Shown: positions 41,162-51,474, counted from the first letter of the stretch. The stretch is DNA of 64,000 bases from an uncultured Rivularia sp. (GCA_963665115.1 OY762007.1:7616001-7680000), one strand, 5' to 3'. Notes: generated by a model from the sequence alone, not told the origin. Translations and numbers: made by a program.

Positions 41162-42637
41162 AGCGCGGTTTCTCTGCTTGATGCCGAACTTGGGCCGCTT
41201 TCACATGATGAAATTGTCAAAAAACTTGTCACGCATCAGCCGCAAGTTCTTTTAATCGGTCACTCTGGCTCGACATCGGCACACCCGATTGTCGTCGAAT
41301 TAACTCGCCGCTTCCGTGCTGAGTTACCAGATACAAAGATTATTTATGGTGGTGTATTCCCGACTTATCATTTCCGCGACATTCTCGCTCATGAACCGCA
41401 AATAGATGTAATAGTTCGCGGTGAAGGTGAAGCTACCGTACCTAAACTTATAGCTGCGATTGAAAGCGGCGTTAAGCGAAGCTCTACCGAAGGTAATCGC
41501 CTTATTAATGTAGAGGGTATTGCATTTCGTTGCGATGGTGAAATAGTCGAAACACCTCCAGCCACTATGATCCAAGACCTAGATGTTTACCGCGTCGGTT
41601 GGGAATTAATCGACCATAAACGGTATAGTTACTACGGTGGCAAGCGAGCCGTTGTAATGCAGTTCTCTCGTGGATGTCCGCATCTGTGTAATTACTGCGG
41701 GCAGCGCGGTTTCTGGGCACGTTGGCGACATCGCAATCCGCAAAAATTTGCCAAGGAAATTGCTTGGCTACATCGCACTCACGGTGTGGAACTAATTAAC
41801 TTAGCCGATGAAAATCCTACAGTAAATAAAGCTATTTGGCGCGAACTGTGCGAAGCGATTATTGCCGAGAATATTAACATAACTATTATCGGCTCAACCC
41901 GTGCGGATGATATTGTCCGAGATGCGGATATTCTGCACCTTTATCGCAAGGCTGGTATTGAGCGGTTTTTAATGGGTATGGAAAACACCGACGAAGCTAC
42001 GCTGAAAAAAATTCGTAAAGGTGGTGCGACAAAAACCGATCGCGAAGCCATCCGTTTGCTGCGACAGCATGGCATTCTTTCATTGGCTACATGGGTAACT
42101 GACTTTGAAGAAGTTACCGATTGGGATTTTGTACGCTCCCTACGACAGTTGCTTTTGTACGATCCAGACCAGATAATGACTTTGTATGTCACGCCTCATA
42201 GATGGACTGGTTATTATAGCATTGCATCCGAACGGCGCGTTATCCAACTCGACCAGCGTTTATGGGATTATAAACATCAGGTTCTTGAGACAGTTAATAT
42301 GCCACCTTGGCGTATTTTTCTATGGGTGAAATTTATTGAAATTATACTGCAAGCTCGACCTAAAGCATTATGGCGAGCATTTTTGCAACCAGATAGCGCT
42401 GCTCGTCACGGTATGCGCTGGTTTACCCATATGGGAAAGCGCGTTTTATTACATGAGTGGTGGAACTTTTGGTTTAGCGATCGCCGAATCAAAAACGGGC
42501 CGAAATTAAAACAATTCTGGGGAGAGTCGCAGGAAGATCGGGAAATTCCTTTAAGTATTCTGCCTCGGCATAAACCCACAAAAAATGTTGAAATACAACT
42601 TAAAACGAAAACCACTCCATCTTTTTCAAGCGAGTAA
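41162..42637 (+). pseudogene. 5'-truncated cobalamin-dependent radical SAM enzyme, BchE-like
   Basis: CPHLCNYC motif. The frame is open from 41162 (VSLLDAE...GHSGSTSAHP...YGGVFPTYH...VRGEGE, B12-binding region), but there is no ATG/GTG/TTG before 41567 and a stop lies at 41159. Confidence 0.75.
41469..41495. mobile_element. 27-nt SDR5-like insertion splitting a HIP1 site
   Basis: GCG[GCGTTAAGCGAAGCTCTACCGAAGGTA]ATCGC; removing it restores GCGATCGC and keeps the frame. Confidence 0.75.
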
Positions 42638-42773
42638 TGACAAACAGCAATCTTCAAAAATGACTCGAACAAGCCAGCTACGAAGCTTATATATGGGGAT
42701 GTAGAGACGTAAAATTTTACGTCTCCCAACGTTCCGAAGAAAACAAACCAATCAAAATTGATCGGATAGACAA

Positions 42774-43529
42774 CTACGAACAATAATCCCAATATTTAAA
42801 CTGCAAATCTCTCCCCTTAACTGCGATCGCACTAGCGCAATTTGAAAAAGGCTGCATTTCTAACAAACTCCATTCACCAGAATTTACAATATTTAATTTA
42901 GCAGGTTGCTCTGGAGTTAGAGAAATTTCGACTTTCTGTAAATCTTTTAATCCCGTTCCCGTTGCTTTTAAATAAGCTTCTTTGCAAGTCCAATAACGGA
43001 AAAATAGCTGTTGCTGTTGCTCTTGAGGAGCCGATTCGATTACAGCGAATTCACTTGGTGAAAAAAATCTTTGAGCCAAGGAAACCACATCGGTAGTAGA
43101 GCTAATGAATTCTAAATCGACACCGATAGAATTATTCAAACTTACTGCATACAAAGCAAAATCTTCTGAGTGAGACACATTAAAGCTGAGATTATTTTTA
43201 TTACAGCTTTCATCTAAAAACGGTTTACCGCGTTGCTCGTAACCAAACCTAATTTTAGAAGGTTCAATATTCAAATAGCCACCCAATATATTTCTGAGAA
43301 TACCCCGAGCCGCAATAAAACGTTGCCGATGTTGCTTGAAATGAAATCGTTTCGCTCTAACTAACTCATCTTCCGAAAGAATTCGCGTCAAATCTTCCAA
43401 CAACGGCATTACATTGTCAAGATTTTCTCGCCAAACATGAACTTCGTTAGGCAATAATTTAATACCAGTAATATCCGTCGGCGCTTTTAACCACATTTTA
43501 CAGTGAACAGTTATCAGATCATTATTCAT
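42774..43529 (-). CDS. Sfp/HetI-type 4'-phosphopantetheinyl transferase
   Basis: GKP, FNVSHS, IGVDLE and WTCKEAYLKATG motifs. Start may be ATG 43496. Confidence 0.92.
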   Translation of the reverse strand: MNNDLITVHCKMWLKAPTDITGIKLLPNEVHVWRENLDNVMPLLEDLTRILSEDELVRAKRFHFKQHRQRFIAARGILRNILGGYLNIEPSKIRFGYEQRGKPFLDESCNKNNLSFNVSHSEDFALYAVSLNNSIGVDLEFISSTTDVVSLAQRFFSPSEFAVIESAPQEQQQQLFFRYWTCKEAYLKATGTGLKDLQKVEISLTPEQPAKLNIVNSGEWSLLEMQPFSNCASAIAVKGRDLQFKYWDYCS

Positions 43530-43604
43530 AACTCCTAACTCCTAACTCCTAACTCTACCCCCTCTACTTTCTTTGTCTCCCCATTATCAATTACCCATTA
43601 CCAA

Positions 43605-44651
43605 TTACCCATTACCAATTACCCATTCCAACACGCGATTCCACGCCCACCACGGGTCATTGTCTCCGCATTCTTGCTGACACTGTTTGCTGCTTAAATA
43701 ACCGACATGGCCGCCGTGGGGAGTAAGCATTAAGTCTATAGATGGGTTTTGGACGCTGGCTGCTTGTAATTCTGGGATGATGGCTGGTGCAAAAAATGGG
43801 TCGTCTGCTGCGTAAATAATTAAGGTTGGTTTAGAAAGGTTTGGTAAAAGATGTAAGGCGCTACTTGCTTGATAATATGCTTCTACTGAGGGAAAACCTA
43901 ATTTTTCTATGACTAATTCGTTGTCAAATCCCCATATGGTGTTTGCTCTTTCGATTGCTGCTGGATCTAAACTCCCTGGATGAGCATCGTGAATTTTCCA
44001 TGCCAGTTTTTTCAATGCTTTGGCAATTCTTTGTTCTAAAAATCTACCTACTGGATAACTTGTTAAATATTTAAGGGAAGGATTGGAATCTAAGCTAGGA
44101 CAAATTACCGCACCACCCCCTATATCGCTTTCTTTTATGCCAATTTCCGAATCTTTGGTTGATTCAACTGCTGCTTTAATTGCCCATAAAGCTAACTGCC
44201 CTCCCAATGAAAATCCTGTAAACCAAAATTTCGGGGGACATCCCATTGATAAAGCTTTTGCTGCGATGCGAACGAAATCTTCTCCTTCGTACAAGCCATC
44301 GCTGGTTAAAGTGGGTGATAGTTCTGCTGTTTTGCCGTGGGCACGCCAATCAAATAATACTACTGCGTAACCTTGAGCGTAGGCTTTACGTCCTAAAATT
44401 TTCAGAAACCATTCTTCTTCTAAATCGCCGATAATGCCGTAAGTGCCCACAATTGTACCGCGTGGGTTTTCTGGAATGGCGACTAAGCCGAATATAGGTA
44501 CTCCTTGCGCCCCTGTAAATACTTGCTCTTGATAATTAGGTTCTGGCAAGTTGAGAGCATCCCAATTGTTTTTTCCCCACAATGCGGCACCAACAGTCAT
44601 TGACACGCCGTTTCGTAAAAACCAAGGTGGATTGTAGGTTGAAGAAAGCAT
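43605..44651 (-). CDS. YheT-like alpha/beta hydrolase
   Basis: GFSLGG nucleophile elbow, DDPF, GGHVGY. Confidence 0.88.
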   Translation of the reverse strand: MLSSTYNPPWFLRNGVSMTVGAALWGKNNWDALNLPEPNYQEQVFTGAQGVPIFGLVAIPENPRGTIVGTYGIIGDLEEEWFLKILGRKAYAQGYAVVLFDWRAHGKTAELSPTLTSDGLYEGEDFVRIAAKALSMGCPPKFWFTGFSLGGQLALWAIKAAVESTKDSEIGIKESDIGGGAVICPSLDSNPSLKYLTSYPVGRFLEQRIAKALKKLAWKIHDAHPGSLDPAAIERANTIWGFDNELVIEKLGFPSVEAYYQASSALHLLPNLSKPTLIIYAADDPFFAPAIIPELQAASVQNPSIDLMLTPHGGHVGYLSSKQCQQECGDNDPWWAWNRVLEWVIGNG

Positions 44652-44808
44652 TGTATAAGATATTCTGTCTAAAAAGTAGTTTGTTTAAGAATATTTTAAT
44701 TTTAAGCTTTATGTTAAATTTCAAATTTTTTTTATAATCATTAAAGCAATCTTTGTATTTTCCAAAGATTCTTAACTTACCTTAACGCCTAGTAACAATT
44801 ATTTCATA

Positions 44809-45564
44809 ATGCCGAGAATTCTTGTCATAGATGACGATCCAGCGATTTCTGAGTTAGTGGCTGTTAATTTAGAAATGGCTGGTTATGATGTTAGCCAAGC
44901 TGAAGACGGTATCAAGGGGCAGGCTTTAGCTCTCCAGCTACAGCCCGACTTGATTATGTTGGATTTGATGTTGCCCAAAGTCGATGGATTCACCGTATGT
45001 CAACGCTTGCGGAGAGATGAGCGTACTTCTGATATTCCGGTTTTAATGCTAACTGCTTTAAGCCAAACTCAGGATAAAGTTGAAGGTTTTAATGCTGGTG
45101 CCGACGATTATCTCACCAAACCTTTTGAAGTAGAAGAAATGCTCGCACGGGTAAGAGCCTTACTCCGACGTACCGATCGCATACCCCAAGCAGCCAAGCA
45201 CAGCGAAATTCTTAATTACGGCCCTTTGACTTTAGTTCCCGAAAGATTTGAGGCCATATGGTTTACTCAAACGGTGAAATTAACTCACCTAGAATTTGAA
45301 CTACTTCATTGTTTGCTGCAACGACACGGACAAACCGTTTCTCCCAGCGAAATACTCCGAGAAGTTTGGGGTTACGATCCAGATGATGATATTGAAACCA
45401 TTCGCGTTCACGTCAGACATTTGAGAACCAAGCTCGAACCAGATCCTCGCCATCCCCGCTATATAAAGACGGTATATGGTGCGGGATATTGTTTGGAATT
45501 ACCCAGTAATCCTCCATCAACCGAAGAACTGTCAACAACAGAAGTCGGAACCACTCCCACTTAA
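44809..45564 (+). CDS. rpaA: OmpR-family response regulator RpaA
   Basis: REC plus winged helix; diagnostic [33 protein letters not shown]. Confidence 0.93.
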   Translation: MPRILVIDDDPAISELVAVNLEMAGYDVSQAEDGIKGQALALQLQPDLIMLDLMLPKVDGFTVCQRLRRDERTSDIPVLMLTALSQTQDKVEGFNAGADDYLTKPFEVEEMLARVRALLRRTDRIPQAAKHSEILNYGPLTLVPERFEAIWFTQTVKLTHLEFELLHCLLQRHGQTVSPSEILREVWGYDPDDDIETIRVHVRHLRTKLEPDPRHPRYIKTVYGAGYCLELPSNPPSTEELSTTEVGTTPT

Positions 45565-45769
45565 GTTTTAGTTGTCGAAATAAATTAATTACAAATTTCT
45601 CCCACGTCAATTCTTTTTGCTGAAAACTTGGGAAATATTCCTTATGGAATTTTAGATTTTAGATTTTAGATTTTTAAAATATTTATAGGTTAGAAATTAG
45701 GAGTTAGGAGGCGCGGAGTTAGGAGTTGAGAATTTAATTTGTCCCCATTTCCTATTACCCATTACCCAT

Positions 45770-45872
45770 TAAGCTGACGTGCAGCTAAATTGTATAAGGT
45801 AAAGAATTTGAACGATTGTAGTGCGGGCATCTTGCCCGCTTCTCATATACAAATTGAATACGCAACAGCTTA
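45770..45872. mobile_element. MITE-like element family A, 103-nt basic copy
   Basis: TAAGCTGACGTGCAGCTAAATTGTATA...GCGGGCATCTTGCCCGC...TATACAAATTGAATACGCAACAGCTTA. Confidence 0.75.
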
Positions 45873-45911
45873 CCAATCCCCAATTCCCAATCCCCAACGC
45901 CCAATCCCCAG

Positions 45912-46772
45912 TTATCTAATAGAAAAAAATTCCAACCGATATTTATATAAAGCAACTGGCTTATTAGCTGCCTTAAAGTAATCTGAGTCTTGGGATGAAA
46001 GGTATACGGCTGTTACTTGATTCGCTTCAATTGCTGGTTCTGCTGGGGATGATGTGGATAATGGTCTATATGCCGTAGTTGATTCTACTGAATTGATGTA
46101 GGGACGCGAACCGCCTTTAAATAGCTGTTTAAATACTTCCGTTGCAATAAATCTTCCGTCTGTAGCGTTTTCTGTTGCGCGATTTTTGACAATGGAAATT
46201 AGTTGACGATCGCAAATAATTTCCTCAGCACATCGGCTCTGCAAAAATGTAATCTGACGGTTGGGAGAATCGGGATCTACTTTAACCGCTTTAACTGCAT
46301 TATTACCTAAAACTGCTCTTGCTAAGTTCAATCCGTTATATGCGCGATCGGCAATAATAACCTCACTCCTTTTCAAGGAGAGGGGTGTCTGAGATGTTAC
46401 CTTACTTACTTCCCTTCTCTTTAATAATGAGAGGGGTGTCTGATAGGACGGGGTGAGGTTTTCCCTCTTCGATTGATTGACAAATCTTACCTTAAAACTA
46501 ACTGGTCGATCGAGATACTGACGATTACTTTCAAACCCCGGTGTAACAATATCTGGTGCTAAAGGGGCAACTAAATCAACTAAGGTACTTTTTACTTCCC
46601 ACTCTCCCTCGATCCATTCAGGATAAATTAAGTCTCCTACGGCAGGTTGTACCTCAGTTAATTTCTCCCACTGCGTCCAGTTTTCTAATCTGCTATTTAA
46701 CTCTCCGGCATTAGCATTATCGCTACACAAAACTGATAAAAAAATCAAGCAAAGAACCCAAATTAGCTTCAT
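45912..46772 (-). CDS. Conserved exported hypothetical protein (DUF6816-like)
   Basis: Signal peptide; GDLIYPEW..GEW and ADRAYNG motifs; contains an in-frame repeat insertion at 46359-46460. Confidence 0.7.
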   Translation of the reverse strand: MKLIWVLCLIFLSVLCSDNANAGELNSRLENWTQWEKLTEVQPAVGDLIYPEWIEGEWEVKSTLVDLVAPLAPDIVTPGFESNRQYLDRPVSFKVRFVNQSKRENLTPSYQTPLSLLKRREVSKVTSQTPLSLKRSEVIIADRAYNGLNLARAVLGNNAVKAVKVDPDSPNRQITFLQSRCAEEIICDRQLISIVKNRATENATDGRFIATEVFKQLFKGGSRPYINSVESTTAYRPLSTSSPAEPAIEANQVTAVYLSSQDSDYFKAANKPVALYKYRLEFFSIR

Positions 46773-47044
46773 AGTATTTGTTTTCAAAATATATCAATAA
46801 TTATCTAATTAATAGAACATCTAATCAAAATAAATGTTGCGTTTTTTCACCAAAATTAACTTTATACTCAAGAATGTATACATAAACATGGCTTTATATA
46901 GAGGTAATGAAATAAACAATTGTAATTAAGAAAATGCCATGAATTTTTAATATTAAATAGTCAAGACTCATAAGGCTTAGAGTAAAATTTCATAAATATC
47001 GTGAGTATAAGTTCTAGCAATTATCAATCGGAAAATAATTAAAA

Positions 47045-47086
47045 GTAACCTTGAATACATTGTATATCGATTCTAAATAATACTTT
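47045..47086 (+). promoter_or_regulatory. Putative NtcA-activated promoter
   Basis: GTA-ACCTTGAA-TAC (47045-47058), then exactly 22 nt, then TACTTT (TAN3T). Confidence 0.55.
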
Positions 47087-47316
47087 TAAATACCGGTCTA
47101 CATGGGTTATTACGTAAACCAGTTAAGTTAGTAAAATTGCATTGAACTTTTATACGCTGATATTTAAGGCGCAAAACTAGTAATATGTTTTTGAACCGAT
47201 ACGATTGCGTAATAATTACGATAGGTTGAGTCGCAACAAATACCTAAATTGAAATATTGCTCGGGTGCAAACTCAGTAAGAAATTAAACATTATTAAAAT
47301 TAACAGTTAAACGATT

Positions 47317-48199
47317 ATGAGTCTTAGTAGTTCATTTACAGATTTTTCCTTAGCTGAATTGTTTCAACTAATCGATCGAGGACGCAAATCGGGTTGTTTA
47401 AGTGTATGTACTTTGCCAGATATTAATTCTGCCCAATCCAAAGCAAAATACTTTTATATTTGGTTTAGAAGCGGACGTATTGTTGCAGCAACACATCGTT
47501 TAGGTGGTAAAGGTTTAGTTTCTAAAATTGCACAAAGAAGTTGGGGCCGAACCGCAGGTTATAGAAACCATTTATAGTAATGCATCTACAACTACACCTT
47601 TAGGTTTGCAGTTCAAAACTCAAGATATTTTAAGTGCAGAACAATTAAATTTATTATTTGCCAATCAACTACAGCAAGTGCGCCAATTATTTGAAATTCA
47701 AAAAGGTGTATTTAAATTAGATTGCAAAGCCGCTTTACCAATGTCTGAAATGACAGGATTAAGCTTGAGAGCTACGGAAGTCACTTTAATGGCTTTAAGA
47801 GTATTGAAAAATTGGCAAGTTTTAGAAGATGCGCTTCCCAATGAAGAGTCGGGTATAAGAAATATTACCGATTCTAAACCGCAAATTCGCTTAAATCCCT
47901 TTGAATGGCAATTGTGGGAATTTGCTTCGGGGGATATTTCCATAAAAGATATTGCAGTTCAACTGAATCAACCAACCATCAAGATTCAGCAAGCAGCTTT
48001 CCGATTAATGCTTGTAGGTTTGATCGAAGAAGTACCCCAGATAACATCAAATTGCCATGAGTCCCATTATGATATGGATTTGACGTGGGTAAGCAAGTAC
48101 GGTTCGCGAGCAGCTAAAAAATATCGAGAATCGCAAGCACCCACAGTCAGTAGCTCGTTGTTGCAAAATCTTGTAGGGTATTTAAGGAGTAAAGCTTAA
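47317..48199 (+). CDS. PATAN/DUF4388 domain protein; one +1 frameshift at 47543-47546
   Basis: FTDFSLAELFQLIDRGRKSGCL...IWFRSGRIVAA, and a C-terminal wHTH-like segment. Deleting one G gives ...AQRSWAEPQVIE... Its stop overlaps the next ATG. Confidence 0.85.
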
Positions 48200-48747
48200 T
48201 GTCATCAGAAATTTTCCGCATTGTAGTTACAGGAGGTGTAGGAGCGGGAAAAACTACATTTATTCAGACAATCAGTGAAATTGATGTAGTTGATACCGAT
48301 AAAAGAGCAACCGATGAGCTAGCCGAATTAAAGGAAAAAACCACAGTCGCTTTAGACTTTGGAAAACTAACAATCGCATCCAATCAATCATTACATTTGT
48401 ACGGTACTCCCGGACAAGAACGATTTGATTTTATGTGGGACATTTTGATTGAAAAAGCCCACGCTTACATTCTTTTAGTAGATGCACATCGTCCGAATCA
48501 ATTCCGTCATGCACGCAAACTTTTGAACTACATGAATCAAAATGCGTCTATTCCGGAATTAATAGGAATAACCCACACTGATTGTGCCGATGCATGGGAA
48601 ATAGAAGATATAGCCTTAGCTTTAGGATTTCAAGACGAAACCAATTTACCACCTATAATCAATGTCAACCCTAACGAACGCGAATCCGTATTTGAAGCAT
48701 TAATTAAAATTGTCGAACAATTAGAATCCACTCGTCAGACGGAATGA
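48199..48747 (+). CDS. Small Ras-like GTPase (MglA/CvnD-type)
   Basis: G1 GGVGAGKTT, TTVALDFG, G3 LYGTPGQERF, G4 variant THTD. Confidence 0.9.
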   Translation: MSSEIFRIVVTGGVGAGKTTFIQTISEIDVVDTDKRATDELAELKEKTTVALDFGKLTIASNQSLHLYGTPGQERFDFMWDILIEKAHAYILLVDAHRPNQFRHARKLLNYMNQNASIPELIGITHTDCADAWEIEDIALALGFQDETNLPPIINVNPNERESVFEALIKIVEQLESTRQTE

Positions 48748-49003
48748 GTTAGGGAGTAAGAGAAGGTGAGACAAGGAGGGAGGGGGAGAAGAAGGAGACG
48801 GCGATACAACTAACTCCTAACTCCCAACTCCATCCGTTGCCTAACTCCTAAAAAATTTGTAAAACATAAAGTATAAATAATCTTTTCTTATTCAATAATT
48901 AACCTGTTTCGTTTTAAAATTTACCAAGTCTTGAGTATTACCATTTTTTAGTTACGCTTTATTGTAATTAAAACCCAAGATAAAACTCAGGAATCAAGAA
49001 TAA

Positions 49004-49594
49004 ATGCCTCTGGGTAAAATTATCAATTTTTTAAAGGGAGTATTTCAAAAGCTTCCTGCTGAGTCAGTAGATTCTTCGGAATTGCCCGAGACGGAAAATA
49101 ATCCACTAAGGGAAACTACGGAAAATACTGTTTTGTCGCCAAAAAATGTAAGTGAAGTTACAATGGCTCAGTCTATTACGGAAACTTCTCAAACATCTTT
49201 ACCAATAATTCTGGAGGAAAAAAAAGTGATCAATGTTTCCATGCTGCAAGATGAACTGCAAAACTTTGTCAGTGCTGGTTCCGATGTTCAAGGCGCAGCT
49301 TTAGTAAGTCCTGATGGCTTAGCTTTGGCTTCGGTTTTACCTGGAGGAATGGACGAAGAACGTACTGCTGCTATGTCTGCATCCATGCTTTCGTTAGGCG
49401 AACGTATCGGTAGAGAATTAGCCCGTGGAAGCATCGATAGAATTGTTGTAGAAGGTGAAAAAGGCTACGGTGTATTAGTTGGCTGTGGCGCTGATGCTGT
49501 TTTATTAGTTTTAGCTGGTGCTGGTGTCAAGCAAGGCTTATTATTTTTAGAAGTTAAAAGAATTGTCGCTAAAATCGCGCCCTTAGTAGCTTGA
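49004..49594 (+). CDS. Roadblock/LC7 (MglB-like) protein with N-terminal extension
   Basis: AALVSPDGLALAS...DEERTAAMSASMLSLGE...VEGEKGY. Alternative in-frame GTG at 49226, behind GGAGG. Confidence 0.9.
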   Translation: MPLGKIINFLKGVFQKLPAESVDSSELPETENNPLRETTENTVLSPKNVSEVTMAQSITETSQTSLPIILEEKKVINVSMLQDELQNFVSAGSDVQGAALVSPDGLALASVLPGGMDEERTAAMSASMLSLGERIGRELARGSIDRIVVEGEKGYGVLVGCGADAVLLVLAGAGVKQGLLFLEVKRIVAKIAPLVA

Positions 49595-49621
49595 CTAGAT
49601 TTAAGTAATCCTTATGACGAT

Positions 49622-49662
49622 GTTTGGATTGGGGATTTCATTTAATTCCAGTCCAAACTTTT
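49622..49662 (+). terminator. Intrinsic terminator-like hairpin after the Roadblock gene
   Basis: GTTTGGATTGG...CCAGTCCAAAC followed by TTTT. Confidence 0.55.
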
Positions 49663-50020
49663 CTGGGTTACTTTAATACTATTTTCCGTAAATAATCCAA
49701 TTTACAACCACCTGAAACCTTTTCGGTATAAAGCATTAGGAGATTTTAGCATCTGCGTTCATAATGAAAGCAGCAATTTTAAGAATCGAAGATGCATTGA
49801 GCAAAAAACCAACCGCGATGGACAAAGCGTCATATACTTCCATATCGCACTAACAACAACAGATCCCCAGCGCGGTAAAAGTCAAGTTTCATAGTTGGCT
49901 TTTGAAAAATCATTTTTGTAAAAGCAGGATTGCTTTGTATGATTTATGACAAAAGGTGGCACATTTGGCTTGACTTATACTAAGATTGATTTTTTTGATA
50001 CATAACAGGAGCTTCCTAGA

Positions 50021-50575
50021 ATGTCTATAGAACCACGAGCGTTTATGTCTACTTTAGAAAAGCGCGTTTGCTTAACGGCAGAAGATAAAGCCTTACTTCA
50101 ATCTGAAATAGATTGGGGAAAAGAAATTGCTCCGGAAATGGCAGAACATTTTTATGCTTATTTAGGACGTGATGAAGAAATGAATTCCATTTTAACTGCC
50201 ACCGAAGGACGCATTCATCGTCTGAGAGAAACATTTGTTGAGTGGTTTTACGAAATGTTTACAGGCATGGATGACTGGGGTCAAGATTATGCCGATCGCC
50301 GCTGGAAGATAGGTCTAGTTCACGTTCGTATCGGTATCGGTCCTCAGCACGTTGTGCCTGCAATGGCGACCGTAATTAGAGAAGCAGGTCAGCGTGCTAA
50401 AACAGACGGTAAAAGCGAAGAAATCAAGGACGCTTTAGGACGTATTTGCATGATTGACTTAGCTTTTATTGAACAGGCTTACGTGGAAGTATCTTCAGAA
50501 GCTGTTTTGAGAGAAACTGGTTGGACTGAAGGTTTATTCAGACGTTTGATTGCGACTGGTGCTAATTCGATGTAA
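50021..50575 (+). CDS. Stand-alone protoglobin / sensor globin
   Basis: LTAEDKALL, FYAYL, IGLVHVRIGI (proximal His) and IDLAFIEQAY; AGGAG RBS. Confidence 0.85.
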   Translation: MSIEPRAFMSTLEKRVCLTAEDKALLQSEIDWGKEIAPEMAEHFYAYLGRDEEMNSILTATEGRIHRLRETFVEWFYEMFTGMDDWGQDYADRRWKIGLVHVRIGIGPQHVVPAMATVIREAGQRAKTDGKSEEIKDALGRICMIDLAFIEQAYVEVSSEAVLRETGWTEGLFRRLIATGANSM

Positions 50576-51432
50576 AAACTTTCTCTATCAGAAATGCAAA
50601 TCGAAGACCGCGCAATATCATAGAAGATAACGGAGATCGGGAGTTAGAAATTGGAAATAAGATGTTTCTTTCTCCTGATTTTCTCAGTCTAAAAATTACT
50701 TATTTATTAAGCATACAAAGTTTTTTATTATACTCATTATTCGCATAATAGCTCGATCGATATTTCGCTCACTCTCAGTTTATAAAAATCACTTTGCAAT
50801 AAGTCATAGTTCCCTAATATAAAAGATAGTTTTTACACAGTAAACATTTAGATGTATCTCAACCCTATTTTATTTTGAAAAAGTCTAAAATATATTTTAG
50901 ATTTAAAATTATACATAGCGATATTTATTTATTACCAATAGTGCTAGTGCGACAGTAAAGTTCTAATATATGCATCTAAATTTTTAGGTACTCCGATTCA
51001 ATAAAAAATATCTGGTTCTAACTTATTCCCAGCTTTTTATAATTATTAAAAAAAGGCGATTGTCCGCGTAGCTGGCGCTACGAACGCCAACCTATAAAAC
51101 CAACCAAAAATGGGTAAGAAGCCTTGAGGCAAGAGGTTGAAAAATACATTAAAGCACGAGAATTATATTATTTCAAGTTATTTTAAGTCAATTGTCATCA
51201 TCCAATAATATATAGGTTTTCAGATAATTCTTTTTTATCCATAATTTTTTTATTAGTCAATTGTTAATGCAGCCGTTTGATATGTTCTAACTTTCGGGCT
51301 ATTCCTATAGATAGAATTAATTAGTTGACATATTAACTTACATTTTCTTCATTCTTCCTTGTTTTCCCTCACTTTTCTTGATGTACAAAAGGTTTAGAAT
51401 TCATTGTTCTACAATTTTATTACTTGAAAATT

Positions 51433-51474
51433 GTATCTAGACATACTTTTATTTTTAAATTCGTTAATTATACT
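51433..51474 (+). promoter_or_regulatory. Putative NtcA-activated promoter of the polysaccharide cluster
   Basis: (T)GTA-TCTAGACA-TAC (51433-51446), then exactly 22 nt, then TATACT. Confidence 0.6.

Noticed and set aside
44771..44788. CTTAACTT/CTTAACGC pair upstream of rpaA as a Pho box
   Set aside because: There are only two units, at 10-bp rather than 11-bp period. It may be another regulator's site, but the sequence alone cannot support that.
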